The notes below the pieces were generated by a model. It saw nothing but the letters and a program-made list of their open reading frames with translations, was not told the DNA's origin and ran no database searches. Of a DNA stretch of 64,000 bases, positions 38,601-45,958 are shown piece after piece. Source of the DNA: Anaerolineae bacterium (GTDB taxonomy: Bacteria; Chloroflexota; Anaerolineae; S140-20); the NCBI GenBank assembly GCA_027021705.1, contig JALUTT010000056.1, forward strand, positions 64,001 through 128,000, given 5' to 3'. The first letter of the stretch is position 1; the number at the start of each line of letters is the position of its first letter. A program made the translations under genes and the position numbers.

Positions 38601-40321
38601 TCCTGGACAACACCCAGGCCGAGCGCTACCCCGGCCTCCCGGTGCGCCTGCAGGCCAGCCTGACCGACCACAAAGGGCCGGTGACCGGGGCGGTCATCAG
38701 CGCCACCGTCTACCACCCCGACCTGGGCGTTGAGGTAGTCCGGCTGGTGGACGACGGCGGCCCCTATGACGATGTGGCCAACGACGGCGTCTACGGCTAC
38801 GTCTACGACCGGATCAACCGGCCCCTCAAGATAGACGTTCAGTTGGGCCACACTTGGGTCTTCGACCTCTACGCCACCGGGGTCAACAACGATGGCAAGC
38901 CCTTCGAGCGCTACCAGCGGCTGACCTACACCCCCTTCCTGGGCCGGGAGCAGGTCTCGCTGGACACCGATGGCGACGGGATGTTGGACCGATGGGAGGA
39001 CCGCTTCGAGGGCCCCTCGACCGGTGTGGCCGACGACGGTGAAGACCCGGATGGGGATGGCCTGACCAACAAGGAGGAGTTTGAGCGAGGGACCAATCCC
39101 GACGACCCCGACACCGACAAGGGGGGAGAGACCGACGGGAGCGAGGTCGCCCGAGGGCAGAACCCCCTCTTCACCGCCGACGACGCCATCCCGCCCATCA
39201 CCGACTTCTGGGTGGAGAACCAGCCCGAGAGCGTGATCCTGCACTTCAACCCCCGGCCCGAGTACCAGAAGATGCGGATCTACCGGCGCACGGGTCTGAC
39301 GGGGACCTTCACCCTGATCACCGAGGTCGTCCTGCCCTCGATGACGACCTCCCTGGCCTCCGCGCCGTTGGTGCCCAGCCGTAGCGTGTCCGGCTTCGAC
39401 CCCTCCAAAGGGCAAGTCCGCGACACCGGGCTGGTCAACGATCAGGACTACTTCTACTACCTCCAGCCGGTGGGGGCCTCCAGCGTGGTGGGAGCCCCCA
39501 GCGAGGTGCGCTACGCCGAACCGGCCAAGGACCCCTATCAGCCGGAGGGGGTGGTGGTCATCAACGACGACGATCCCTTCACCACCAGCAAGAACGTGAC
39601 CCTCACCTTCCAGGGGCTGACGCCGCCCGACGGGAGCCTCGACATCCGCGCCGTGCAGATCAGCAACTCTCCAGAGCTGACGGGTGTCGCCTGGCAGCCC
39701 TTCCAGCCGGAGATCCCCTGGACCCTCGATCCCGATCCGACGACGGGAGTAGCTTTCGTCCACGTCCGCTTCCGCGACGGCGCGGGCAACGAGAGCGATG
39801 TGATCTACGGCGATGGGATCGTCTACCGGCCTCCCCTCATCCTGCCGCCCGGCCTGCTGGACTTCGGCTGGGTCATCGCCGACTTCCAGGACCCTTGGTT
39901 CAAGGACCTAACCATCCTCTACACCCCTCTGCGCTGGCCTGACCTGGGCCTGGGCAGCTCGGCTCTGCGTGCCTCGGCGGTGGATCAGGCGGGGAAGCCC
40001 CTCTTCTACGCCGGCATCGGCTTTGAGCTCCAGGCGATGGACGCCCTGAGCCAGCCGGTTACCCAGTTCGATCGCCCCTTCACCCTGACGGTCAGCTACG
40101 AAGATTGGCAATGGCAGAGCGCCGGGATCGGCTCCGAAGACTCGCTGAACCTCTACTGGAACAGCAGAGGGACCTGGGAGCCGGTGCTGCCTTGCACCGG
40201 CTGCAGCCACGACCCGACGGAGAACGTCTTCATCATCCCGCTGACCCACCTAACCCGGTTCGCCCTGTTGGGGAGGCCGGCCTCCCCCGTCTACCTGCCT
40301 ATCGTCTTCAAGGGGTTCTGA
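35690..40321 (+). CDS. Large secreted protein: HExxH metallopeptidase-like domain, VWA domain, Ca-binding Asp-rich repeats, FN3-like domain, C-terminal domain with YLPIV tail
   Basis: Signal peptide; HELWH...WLVEGQA; MIDAS motif DASGSM...LSDG; DTDGDG repeats; ends ...HLTRFALLG...VYLPIVFKGF. Confidence 0.8.
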   Translation: MQRDRSVKRSAGPRAPLRQPLYGGLALLMLILGVVGLTSAASKPSFLTESTSNVSAGTKTYRIWYTTDCNGGADCECDTALDTDTSDPPDGTPDQDSPNDCIATVDSDSDGVFDTGPDDDSDGVLNVVDLDWFGGGTGVVESVPRNVQRTIARYVNDWGLKEPKWDRDTNRNIYIYDIAALGISYGDGSGEELDTEWMLTQAPEPRGTVLHELWHNTQFAYGVSAGKWLVEGQARMLQDKVFDDLDNRVGSRYHNSVAAYLGNPTYVIREDRDDDGTGEFAQAKGLLGASYNASLWWTYVAEQAGTLYTGTAGEGMDALEAVLKQADDHGRQGVDAVDRVLRDRLGRGFDDTFWDFTIANYAKEFDLSLLDHSYLDGRDPERVLTYRDEKRTPPDQLIYRYNDPTLGWVNGPKRQRFTGTTLFSGANGRVDAMDPEVNDPDAMSAYGAKYYEAEVNADCLLIYWRVLGDPGARFMHSWMMIQEDSNGDGSEEIITLLRSEGEDFARAAWIPRRSTGLPQYTRMVAIVATGSRAYGYNWELGCTQPSVNIVSPTTANPAYVGDPGEPGRFLLWLEVTGAAGTSTYVAGLEWSRDFTVTVGTDVAQILNGGYVQNQYWLVVQAPTKPGASLGDKFDVTVQLGPSTSTSDTEVQAVVYDLRTSDQVLVVDASGSMGYNDKLVSAKAAARLFADVKQQFDQLGVVSFSTDATQEFPLTVVPDQDDAAGVRASAQTAINGITEKTTTSIGDGLQMGQSMLAASGSPDHQWVMVLLSDGMENEPLYWSNVRASIVASGTKVHAIALGRDADEELMREIAEATCGSVWVDQCYHYIEESGVLTTTGMSTAAVSNLPNALADIYRRAEETIAGHQRLWQGGGTLSGSQSIPVTIAEDGVRNAFFSFHWNDSTAPLNVSITGPGGVSFIQLSDGKNHQVFYADKLPPGTYTLHLSAPGGATTWIGSLSGRMVYGTEMYAFLDNTQAERYPGLPVRLQASLTDHKGPVTGAVISATVYHPDLGVEVVRLVDDGGPYDDVANDGVYGYVYDRINRPLKIDVQLGHTWVFDLYATGVNNDGKPFERYQRLTYTPFLGREQVSLDTDGDGMLDRWEDRFEGPSTGVADDGEDPDGDGLTNKEEFERGTNPDDPDTDKGGETDGSEVARGQNPLFTADDAIPPITDFWVENQPESVILHFNPRPEYQKMRIYRRTGLTGTFTLITEVVLPSMTTSLASAPLVPSRSVSGFDPSKGQVRDTGLVNDQDYFYYLQPVGASSVVGAPSEVRYAEPAKDPYQPEGVVVINDDDPFTTSKNVTLTFQGLTPPDGSLDIRAVQISNSPELTGVAWQPFQPEIPWTLDPDPTTGVAFVHVRFRDGAGNESDVIYGDGIVYRPPLILPPGLLDFGWVIADFQDPWFKDLTILYTPLRWPDLGLGSSALRASAVDQAGKPLFYAGIGFELQAMDALSQPVTQFDRPFTLTVSYEDWQWQSAGIGSEDSLNLYWNSRGTWEPVLPCTGCSHDPTENVFIIPLTHLTRFALLGRPASPVYLPIVFKGF

Positions 40322-40481
40322 GGGCGGTGGCGATCAGCCGTGGGAGCCGGGTCCGGTCTGGTGCCGGATCCGGCTTCGCTTCTACGGGGCTACCCAAGGC
40401 TTCGATCGAGGGTATAATAGAGGGAGCAGGGGGAGGTCCGGTGGCAAAACGACCGTGCGAGTTCGAGCTTAGGGAGGAACG

Positions 40482-41255
40482 ATGAGCATCCACGTACCCG
40501 ACCGGCACAACGAGAAGCTGCATCGTCTCGTGGAGCGGATCAACGCCGATGCCGAGTTGATCCAGCTCTGGAAGTGTGCCAACGTCAACGCCGTGGACCG
40601 GACCGGCATCAGCGACCACGGTGAGGTCCACATCCGCATCGTCGCCAACGCGGCGCTGCGCATCCTGCGCCTGCTGGTGGAGGCCGGCGTCGAACCCAGC
40701 GTCGTCACCCACCACGGGCTGACGCCGGAGGATGCCGAGTTGGTCGTCGTGCTGGCCGCCTGTCTGCACGACCTGGGCATCGCCGTGCACCGGGACGACC
40801 ACGAATGGTACAGCCTGATCCTGGGCTATCCCAAGGCCCGACAGCTTCTGAGCGGCATCTACGAGGAGCCGGCGCTGACCATTATGGTCTCCGAGGTGCT
40901 CCACGCCGTCATCGCCCACCGCTGGGACGTGCGTTGCCTGACCATCGAGGCGGGCGTGCTGAAGGTGGCCGACGCTCTGGACATGACCGAGGGCCGTTCT
41001 CGCATCCCCTTCGAGGCAGGCCAGGTCAACATCCACTCCGTCTCCGCCCTGGCCGTCGAGAACGTGGCCATCGAGCGGGGGGAGGAGCGGCCGGTGCGCA
41101 TCGCCATCCGGCTGGGAAATTCGGCCGGCATCTTCCAAGTGGACGAACTGCTCAAGCGCAAGCTCCAGAACTCCACCTTAACGCCTTACGTCGAGGTCGT
41201 CGCCCATCTGGAAGGGGAGATGGAGAAGCGGCTGGTGGGCATCTACCGGCTCTGA
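40482..41255 (+). CDS. HD-domain metal-dependent phosphohydrolase
   Basis: DHGEVH, LHDLG, H and VADALD motifs. Confidence 0.9.
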   Translation: MSIHVPDRHNEKLHRLVERINADAELIQLWKCANVNAVDRTGISDHGEVHIRIVANAALRILRLLVEAGVEPSVVTHHGLTPEDAELVVVLAACLHDLGIAVHRDDHEWYSLILGYPKARQLLSGIYEEPALTIMVSEVLHAVIAHRWDVRCLTIEAGVLKVADALDMTEGRSRIPFEAGQVNIHSVSALAVENVAIERGEERPVRIAIRLGNSAGIFQVDELLKRKLQNSTLTPYVEVVAHLEGEMEKRLVGIYRL

Positions 41256-41270
41256 GGGCCGGAAATTCCC

Positions 41271-41425
41271 CGGTGATTGCCCATATCTTTGGAGATAGGG
41301 AGACCGGCCGTCCACGAATGGGGCACGAATACACGAATTAAGGACCCCCTCATTCGTGCATTGGTGAGAAATTCGCGGACGGCCTGCTACGGACCACGCT
41401 CTCGCTCCCTTGTGGGTAATCACCG
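41271..41425. mobile_element. MITE-like element, copy 5 (155 bp, complete, opposite orientation to copies 3 and 4)
   Basis: TIRs CGGTGATTGCCCA / TGGGTAATCACCG; flanking repeat GGAAATTCCC / CGAAATTCCC. Confidence 0.9.
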
Positions 41426-41437
41426 CGAAATTCCCTC

Positions 41438-41466
41438 TTGACAGAATTTCTCAAAGTGGTCATAAT
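41438..41466 (+). promoter_or_regulatory. sigma70 promoter of the acyl-CoA synthetase, adjacent to MITE copy 5
   Basis: TTGACA-17bp-CATAAT. Confidence 0.8.
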
Positions 41467-41514
41467 GGACTTACCTGCCCAGTTCTTACCCCCTGCATCC
41501 AAAGGAGGTTCCCA

Positions 41515-43137
41515 ATGGCTGCTTACCCCTTCCAACTGTTGCTCAAGCACATCCTCCACTACGGCGTGGCCTGGGCTCCCGACCAGGAGATCGTCTACCG
41601 GGACCAGGTCCGCTACACCTACCGGGATATGGCCCAGCGGGTGCTCCGGCTGGCCGGCGCCCTGCGCACCCTGGGCGTGGAGAAGGGAACCAAAGTCGGC
41701 GTCATCGAGTGGGACAGCCATCGCTACCTGGAAATCTACTTCGCCGTTCCCGGCATCGGAGCCATCCTCCACACCATCAACCCTCGCCTGGCCCCCGAGG
41801 ACCTGGTCTACACGATGGCCCACGCCGAGGACGAGGTGCTCATCTTCCACGAGGACTTCCTCCCCCTGGTGGAACGGGTGCGCCCCCGCCTGCCCTCCAT
41901 CCGTAAGTACGTGCTGATCACCGACAAGGCGGAGAAGCCGGAGGTCAAGGTTGACGCCGAGTACGAGGAACTCCTGGCCGGCGCCACCCCCCTGGACGAA
42001 CTGCCCGACCTGGACGAGAACACTCAGGCCACCCTGGCCTACACCACCGGAACGACGGGCAAGCCCAAGGGGGTCTACTTCAGCCACCGCCAGTTGGTCC
42101 TGCACACGCTGGTGGGTGGCGTCACCCTGGCCGCCTTCGGCAACTACGGCGGCCTGAACAAGCACGATGTCTACATGCCCCTGACCCCGATGTTCCACGT
42201 TCACGCCTGGGGCCTGCCCTACATGGCCACCCTCTTCGGCCTGAAGCAGGTCTACCCCGGCCGCTACGAGCCGGAGATGCTCCTCCGCCTCATCTTGGGG
42301 GAGAAGGTGACCTTCAGCCACTGCGTGCCCACCATCCTCCAGATGATCGTCACCGCGCCCGCCGTTCAGAACCTGGACCTGAGCCGCTGGAAGGTGATCA
42401 TCGGTGGGGCCCGGCTCTCCAAGGGGCTGGCGCTGCAGGCGACAAAGCTGGGCATCAAGGTCTACGCGGGCTACGGGATGTCGGAGACCTGCCCGGTCCT
42501 CACCATCGCCAACCTCAAGCCGTTCATGGAGGACGAGTGGGACGAGGAGAAGCAACTGGACTGGGCCATCAAGACCGGCTTCCCGGTCCCCTTGGTCCAC
42601 CTGAAGGTGGTGAGCCCGACGGGCGAGGAGGTGGCCCACGATGCCCACGAGACGGGCGAAATCGTAGTGCGGGCTCCCTGGCTGACCGAGGGGTACTACA
42701 AGGAGCCGGAGCGGACGGAGGAGCTGTGGGCCGGTGGGTGGCTCCACACGGGCGATGTGGCCCACGTGGACGAGTACGGCTACGTCCAGATCGTGGACCG
42801 GCTCAAGGACGTCATCAAGAGCGGAGGCGAGTGGATCGTCTCTCTGGAGCTGGAGAACCTCCTCAGTCTGCACGAGGGGGTGCAGGAGGCCGCCGTCATC
42901 GGCATCCCCGACGAGAAGTGGGGCGAGCGGCCCCTGGCCATCGTCGTGCCTCGGGAAGGGTACAAGGAGCGTCTGACGGACGAGGCGCTCAAAGCCCACC
43001 TGACCAAGTTCGTCGAGGATGGGGTGATCACCTCCTGGGCAGTGCCCGACCAGTACGTCTTCGTGGATGAACTGCCCAAGACCAGCGTGGGCAAGATTGA
43101 CAAGAAGGTACTGCGAAGTCGCCACGGCGCTGCCTGA
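41515..43137 (+). CDS. AMP-forming medium/long-chain fatty-acid--CoA ligase
   Basis: YTTGTTGKPKG, GYGMSET, LHTGD and LPKTSVGKIDKK. ATG at 41515 after AGGAGG. Confidence 0.95.
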   Translation: MAAYPFQLLLKHILHYGVAWAPDQEIVYRDQVRYTYRDMAQRVLRLAGALRTLGVEKGTKVGVIEWDSHRYLEIYFAVPGIGAILHTINPRLAPEDLVYTMAHAEDEVLIFHEDFLPLVERVRPRLPSIRKYVLITDKAEKPEVKVDAEYEELLAGATPLDELPDLDENTQATLAYTTGTTGKPKGVYFSHRQLVLHTLVGGVTLAAFGNYGGLNKHDVYMPLTPMFHVHAWGLPYMATLFGLKQVYPGRYEPEMLLRLILGEKVTFSHCVPTILQMIVTAPAVQNLDLSRWKVIIGGARLSKGLALQATKLGIKVYAGYGMSETCPVLTIANLKPFMEDEWDEEKQLDWAIKTGFPVPLVHLKVVSPTGEEVAHDAHETGEIVVRAPWLTEGYYKEPERTEELWAGGWLHTGDVAHVDEYGYVQIVDRLKDVIKSGGEWIVSLELENLLSLHEGVQEAAVIGIPDEKWGERPLAIVVPREGYKERLTDEALKAHLTKFVEDGVITSWAVPDQYVFVDELPKTSVGKIDKKVLRSRHGAA

Positions 43138-43164
43138 CGCCGCCCCCAGGACAGGCGTCTTGCC

Positions 43165-43200
43165 AAGAGGCCGGGCATCGCTGCCGTGCCCGGCCTCTTT
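43165..43200 (+). terminator. Intrinsic terminator after the acyl-CoA ligase
   Basis: AAGAGGCCGGGCA...TGCCCGGCCTCTT(T). Confidence 0.7.
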
Positions 43201-43294
43201 CCCAATGTATGGGGCTGCGCCGGTGGACGATGGCTCCAGCGAGAAGTCCTTCTGGGACATCCTCGGCGCGGCGAACCCCTGATCTGCATTCATT

Positions 43295-43447
43295 GGTGAT
43301 TACCCATATCTTGGGGGTAGGGAGATCAGCCGTCCACGAATGGAGCACAAATACGCGAATTAGGAGCCGCCCCATTCGTGCATTCGCGAGAAATTCGTGG
43401 ACAGCCTACTGCAGCCCACTCCCCCACTCACTTGTGGGTAGTCACCG
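43295..43447. mobile_element. MITE-like element, copy 6 (diverged)
   Basis: GGTGATTACCCA...TGGGTAGTCACCG with the same internal palindrome; degenerate flanking repeat TGCATTCATT / GGCATCCACT. Confidence 0.85.
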
Positions 43448-43458
43448 GGCATCCACTC

Positions 43459-43487
43459 TGGTCCAATTGCGAGAAACGTGGCATAAT
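43459..43487 (+). promoter_or_regulatory. Extended -10 promoter of the two-component operon, adjacent to MITE copy 6
   Basis: TGGTCC (weak -35)-17bp-CATAAT with TGn extension. Confidence 0.55.
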
Positions 43488-43532
43488 CCTAGCAAAGGCT
43501 CCGGGTTCCTGATGGTCTTCGGGGGGGAGACG

Positions 43533-45050
43533 ATGGCCAAGGAAAGGGGAGAGGCCCACCTGGTCGCTATGCTCTCCCGGCTGCGCTGGGCGATGCCGAC
43601 GGCTACGGCCCTGCTCAGCGTGAGCTACGTCCTCTTCGAGCACCGCATTCTCCTCCGCAGCGCCCTGAACGCCCACATCATCCGCGAACTCCTCTTCTTC
43701 GGTCTCGTGGGGCCTTTCCTGGCCGGATTGGTCCTGGAGTGGGCCACGGAGGCCGCCCTCGCCCGGCATCGGGCCCGGGAGGAGCTGCGGGAGCGCAACC
43801 GCCAGTTGGCTGGGCTGAACAGCATCAGCGAAGCTGTCAATCGGTCCCTGGACCTCCAAGAGGTGCTGGACGAAGCCCTGGACCGGGTGATGGACCTCCT
43901 ACAGGTGGACGTGGGAGAGGTGCGCCTGCTGAGGGAGGGCACCTTGCGTCTGGAGAGCTACCGGGGGCTCTCCCCAGGCTTCGTGGACGCCGACAGGGTG
44001 GTCGCCCTGGGTGAGTGCCTGTGTGGTCTGGCCGCCTACCATTCCCAGCCTTTCACCGTCAACGACCTCCGAGTGGCCCCCGCCGTCACGCGACGAGCCT
44101 GTCTGGACGATGGGCTCCGGTCCATCATGTGCGTCCCCGTCATCAGCAAGACCCGGGTGGTGGGGGTGATCCACGTGGGGTGTCGGCAGCCTCGCACTTT
44201 CTCCCCGCAGGAGGAGGCTTTCCTGGCCGCCATCGGTCGTCAGATCGGCATGGCCATCGAAAACGCCTCTCTCTACGCCCGGGTCAAGGCCCTCAACCGC
44301 GAGTTGGAGGCCCGTGTGCGGGAGCGGACGATCGAGTTGGAGCGGGCCCGGCAGGAGATCGCCCAGAAGGCACAACAGCTCCAGAAACTGTTGGCCGAGA
44401 CGGTGCAGATCCAGGAGCGGGAGCGGGCACGCATCGCCCACGACATGCACAACGGCGTCATCCAGCTCATCGCGGGGGCCCTGTACGAGGTGCAGGCGGC
44501 CAAGGATGCGGCGACGACGAACCCCGACCGGATGCACGCCTGCTTGGAGGCCGCTCTGGAGTTGATCCAGCAGATCGAGGCGGAGACCCGCCGCACCATC
44601 TACGACCTGCGCCCCCCCATCCTGGATGCCAAGGGGCTGATTCCGGCGCTGCGCCAGTACGCCTTCCGCTATCAGGACCTGACCGGCATCCCCTGCTCGC
44701 TCCACGTCTCCGGCGCCCCTCGGCGGCTGAGCACCGACGCCGAGGTGGCCATCTACCGGGTCGTGCAGGAGGCGTTGCACAACATCCAGTGCCACGCCCG
44801 GGCGACGATGGCCGAGGTCCTGGTGCGCTTCGGCCCTCGCGGACTCTGGCTGATGATCCGCGATGACGGTCAGGGCTTCGACCCCCAGGCGGTCGCCTGC
44901 CACGCCGACCGGCACCTGGGCCTGGTCGGGATGCGGGAGCGCATTCAGAGCGTCGGTGGACAACTCGAGATCGAGGCGGAGCCAGGGCGGGGCACGAGCA
45001 TCGTCATCCGTATCCCAGCCCAGGCTTTCGCTCGGGAGGAGGTCCGATGA
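43533..45050 (+). CDS. Sensor histidine kinase (2 TM, GAF, HisKA_3, HATPase; NarX-like class)
   Basis: ERARIAHDMHN, QEALHN, DDGQGF and HLGLVGMRER. The GAF domain contains GECLCG. Confidence 0.92.
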   Translation: MAKERGEAHLVAMLSRLRWAMPTATALLSVSYVLFEHRILLRSALNAHIIRELLFFGLVGPFLAGLVLEWATEAALARHRAREELRERNRQLAGLNSISEAVNRSLDLQEVLDEALDRVMDLLQVDVGEVRLLREGTLRLESYRGLSPGFVDADRVVALGECLCGLAAYHSQPFTVNDLRVAPAVTRRACLDDGLRSIMCVPVISKTRVVGVIHVGCRQPRTFSPQEEAFLAAIGRQIGMAIENASLYARVKALNRELEARVRERTIELERARQEIAQKAQQLQKLLAETVQIQERERARIAHDMHNGVIQLIAGALYEVQAAKDAATTNPDRMHACLEAALELIQQIEAETRRTIYDLRPPILDAKGLIPALRQYAFRYQDLTGIPCSLHVSGAPRRLSTDAEVAIYRVVQEALHNIQCHARATMAEVLVRFGPRGLWLMIRDDGQGFDPQAVACHADRHLGLVGMRERIQSVGGQLEIEAEPGRGTSIVIRIPAQAFAREEVR

Positions 45051-45685
45051 CCATCCGCGTTCTGGTCGTGGACGATCATCCGGTGGTACGGCACGGCATC
45101 CAGCATCTGCTGGAGAACGACGCCGAAGTCGAAGTGGTCGGCGAGGCCGATAGCGGCCCCCGGGCCTTAGAGCAGGTCGCCCTCCTGCACCCCGACATCG
45201 TCATCCTGGATGTGCGGCTGCCAGGCTCCGACGGTGTCGAGATCACCCACCAACTCCGGCGGACCTACCCCAACATCAAGGTGATCGTGCTCACCGCCTA
45301 CCGGGACGAGGAGTACCTTCTGGGGGCGCTGCGGGCGGGGGCCCACGCCTACCTGCTCAAGCACGCCTCCCATCAGATGCTGTGCGAGGCCATCCACCGA
45401 GTGTACAGGGGGGAGCGCCTCCTGAGCCCTTCCCTCATCAGCCGCGTCCTGGAGGAGTTCGAGGCGATGGCTCGGGAGCGGGTGATCGAGAACTCTCAGC
45501 TCACCGGGACGGAGCTGCAGATCCTGAACTACATCGCGGCTGGGGATACGACCCGGGAGATCGCGCAGAAGCTCCACTGGAGCGAGGCGACGGTCAATCG
45601 GCGGGTGCAGGAGATCCTGACCAAGCTGAACGTCTCCAACCGGGCCCACGCCGTTGCCGAGGCGATCCGGCGCGGGCTGATCTGA
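45047..45685 (+). CDS. NarL/FixJ-family response regulator (REC + LuxR HTH)
   Basis: VDDHPVVR and LDVRLP; C-terminal LT..E..IL...REIA..L..S..TV...KL.V.NR. Confidence 0.93.
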   Translation: MTIRVLVVDDHPVVRHGIQHLLENDAEVEVVGEADSGPRALEQVALLHPDIVILDVRLPGSDGVEITHQLRRTYPNIKVIVLTAYRDEEYLLGALRAGAHAYLLKHASHQMLCEAIHRVYRGERLLSPSLISRVLEEFEAMARERVIENSQLTGTELQILNYIAAGDTTREIAQKLHWSEATVNRRVQEILTKLNVSNRAHAVAEAIRRGLI

Positions 45686-45724
45686 GTTGATAGGATTTCA
45701 CCGCGAAACTGATCGGTTTTGATA

Positions 45725-45753
45725 TTGTGGTTCGCCTCTCCCCCTCCTATAAT
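45725..45753 (+). promoter_or_regulatory. Putative promoter of the formate dehydrogenase operon
   Basis: TTGTGG-17bp-TATAAT. Confidence 0.5.
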
Positions 45754-45958
45754 TACCTCAAGTTCCTCCGTGCCTCCCCCCGCTCGATCCACCATTACGC
45801 AAGACGTACACCATTGCGAGTGAAGAGGGCGTTTCCCAGCCTCCCGGGCGGACTCCTAATCCGCCCGGTCCTGCCGGGCGTGCCCTCCTGGCGGGTTGTG
45901 GACCCGTCTGGAGTCGCGTTGTCCAACCGTTGAGTGCTAAGGAGGAGGTGAGCACGCG

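Noticed and set aside
45820..45850. Moco/Wco riboswitch in the fdn leader (AGGG...GCCTCCCG)
   Set aside because: Only a short resemblance; the GAAA-capped stem and upstream helices are not evident. A covariance search would be needed.
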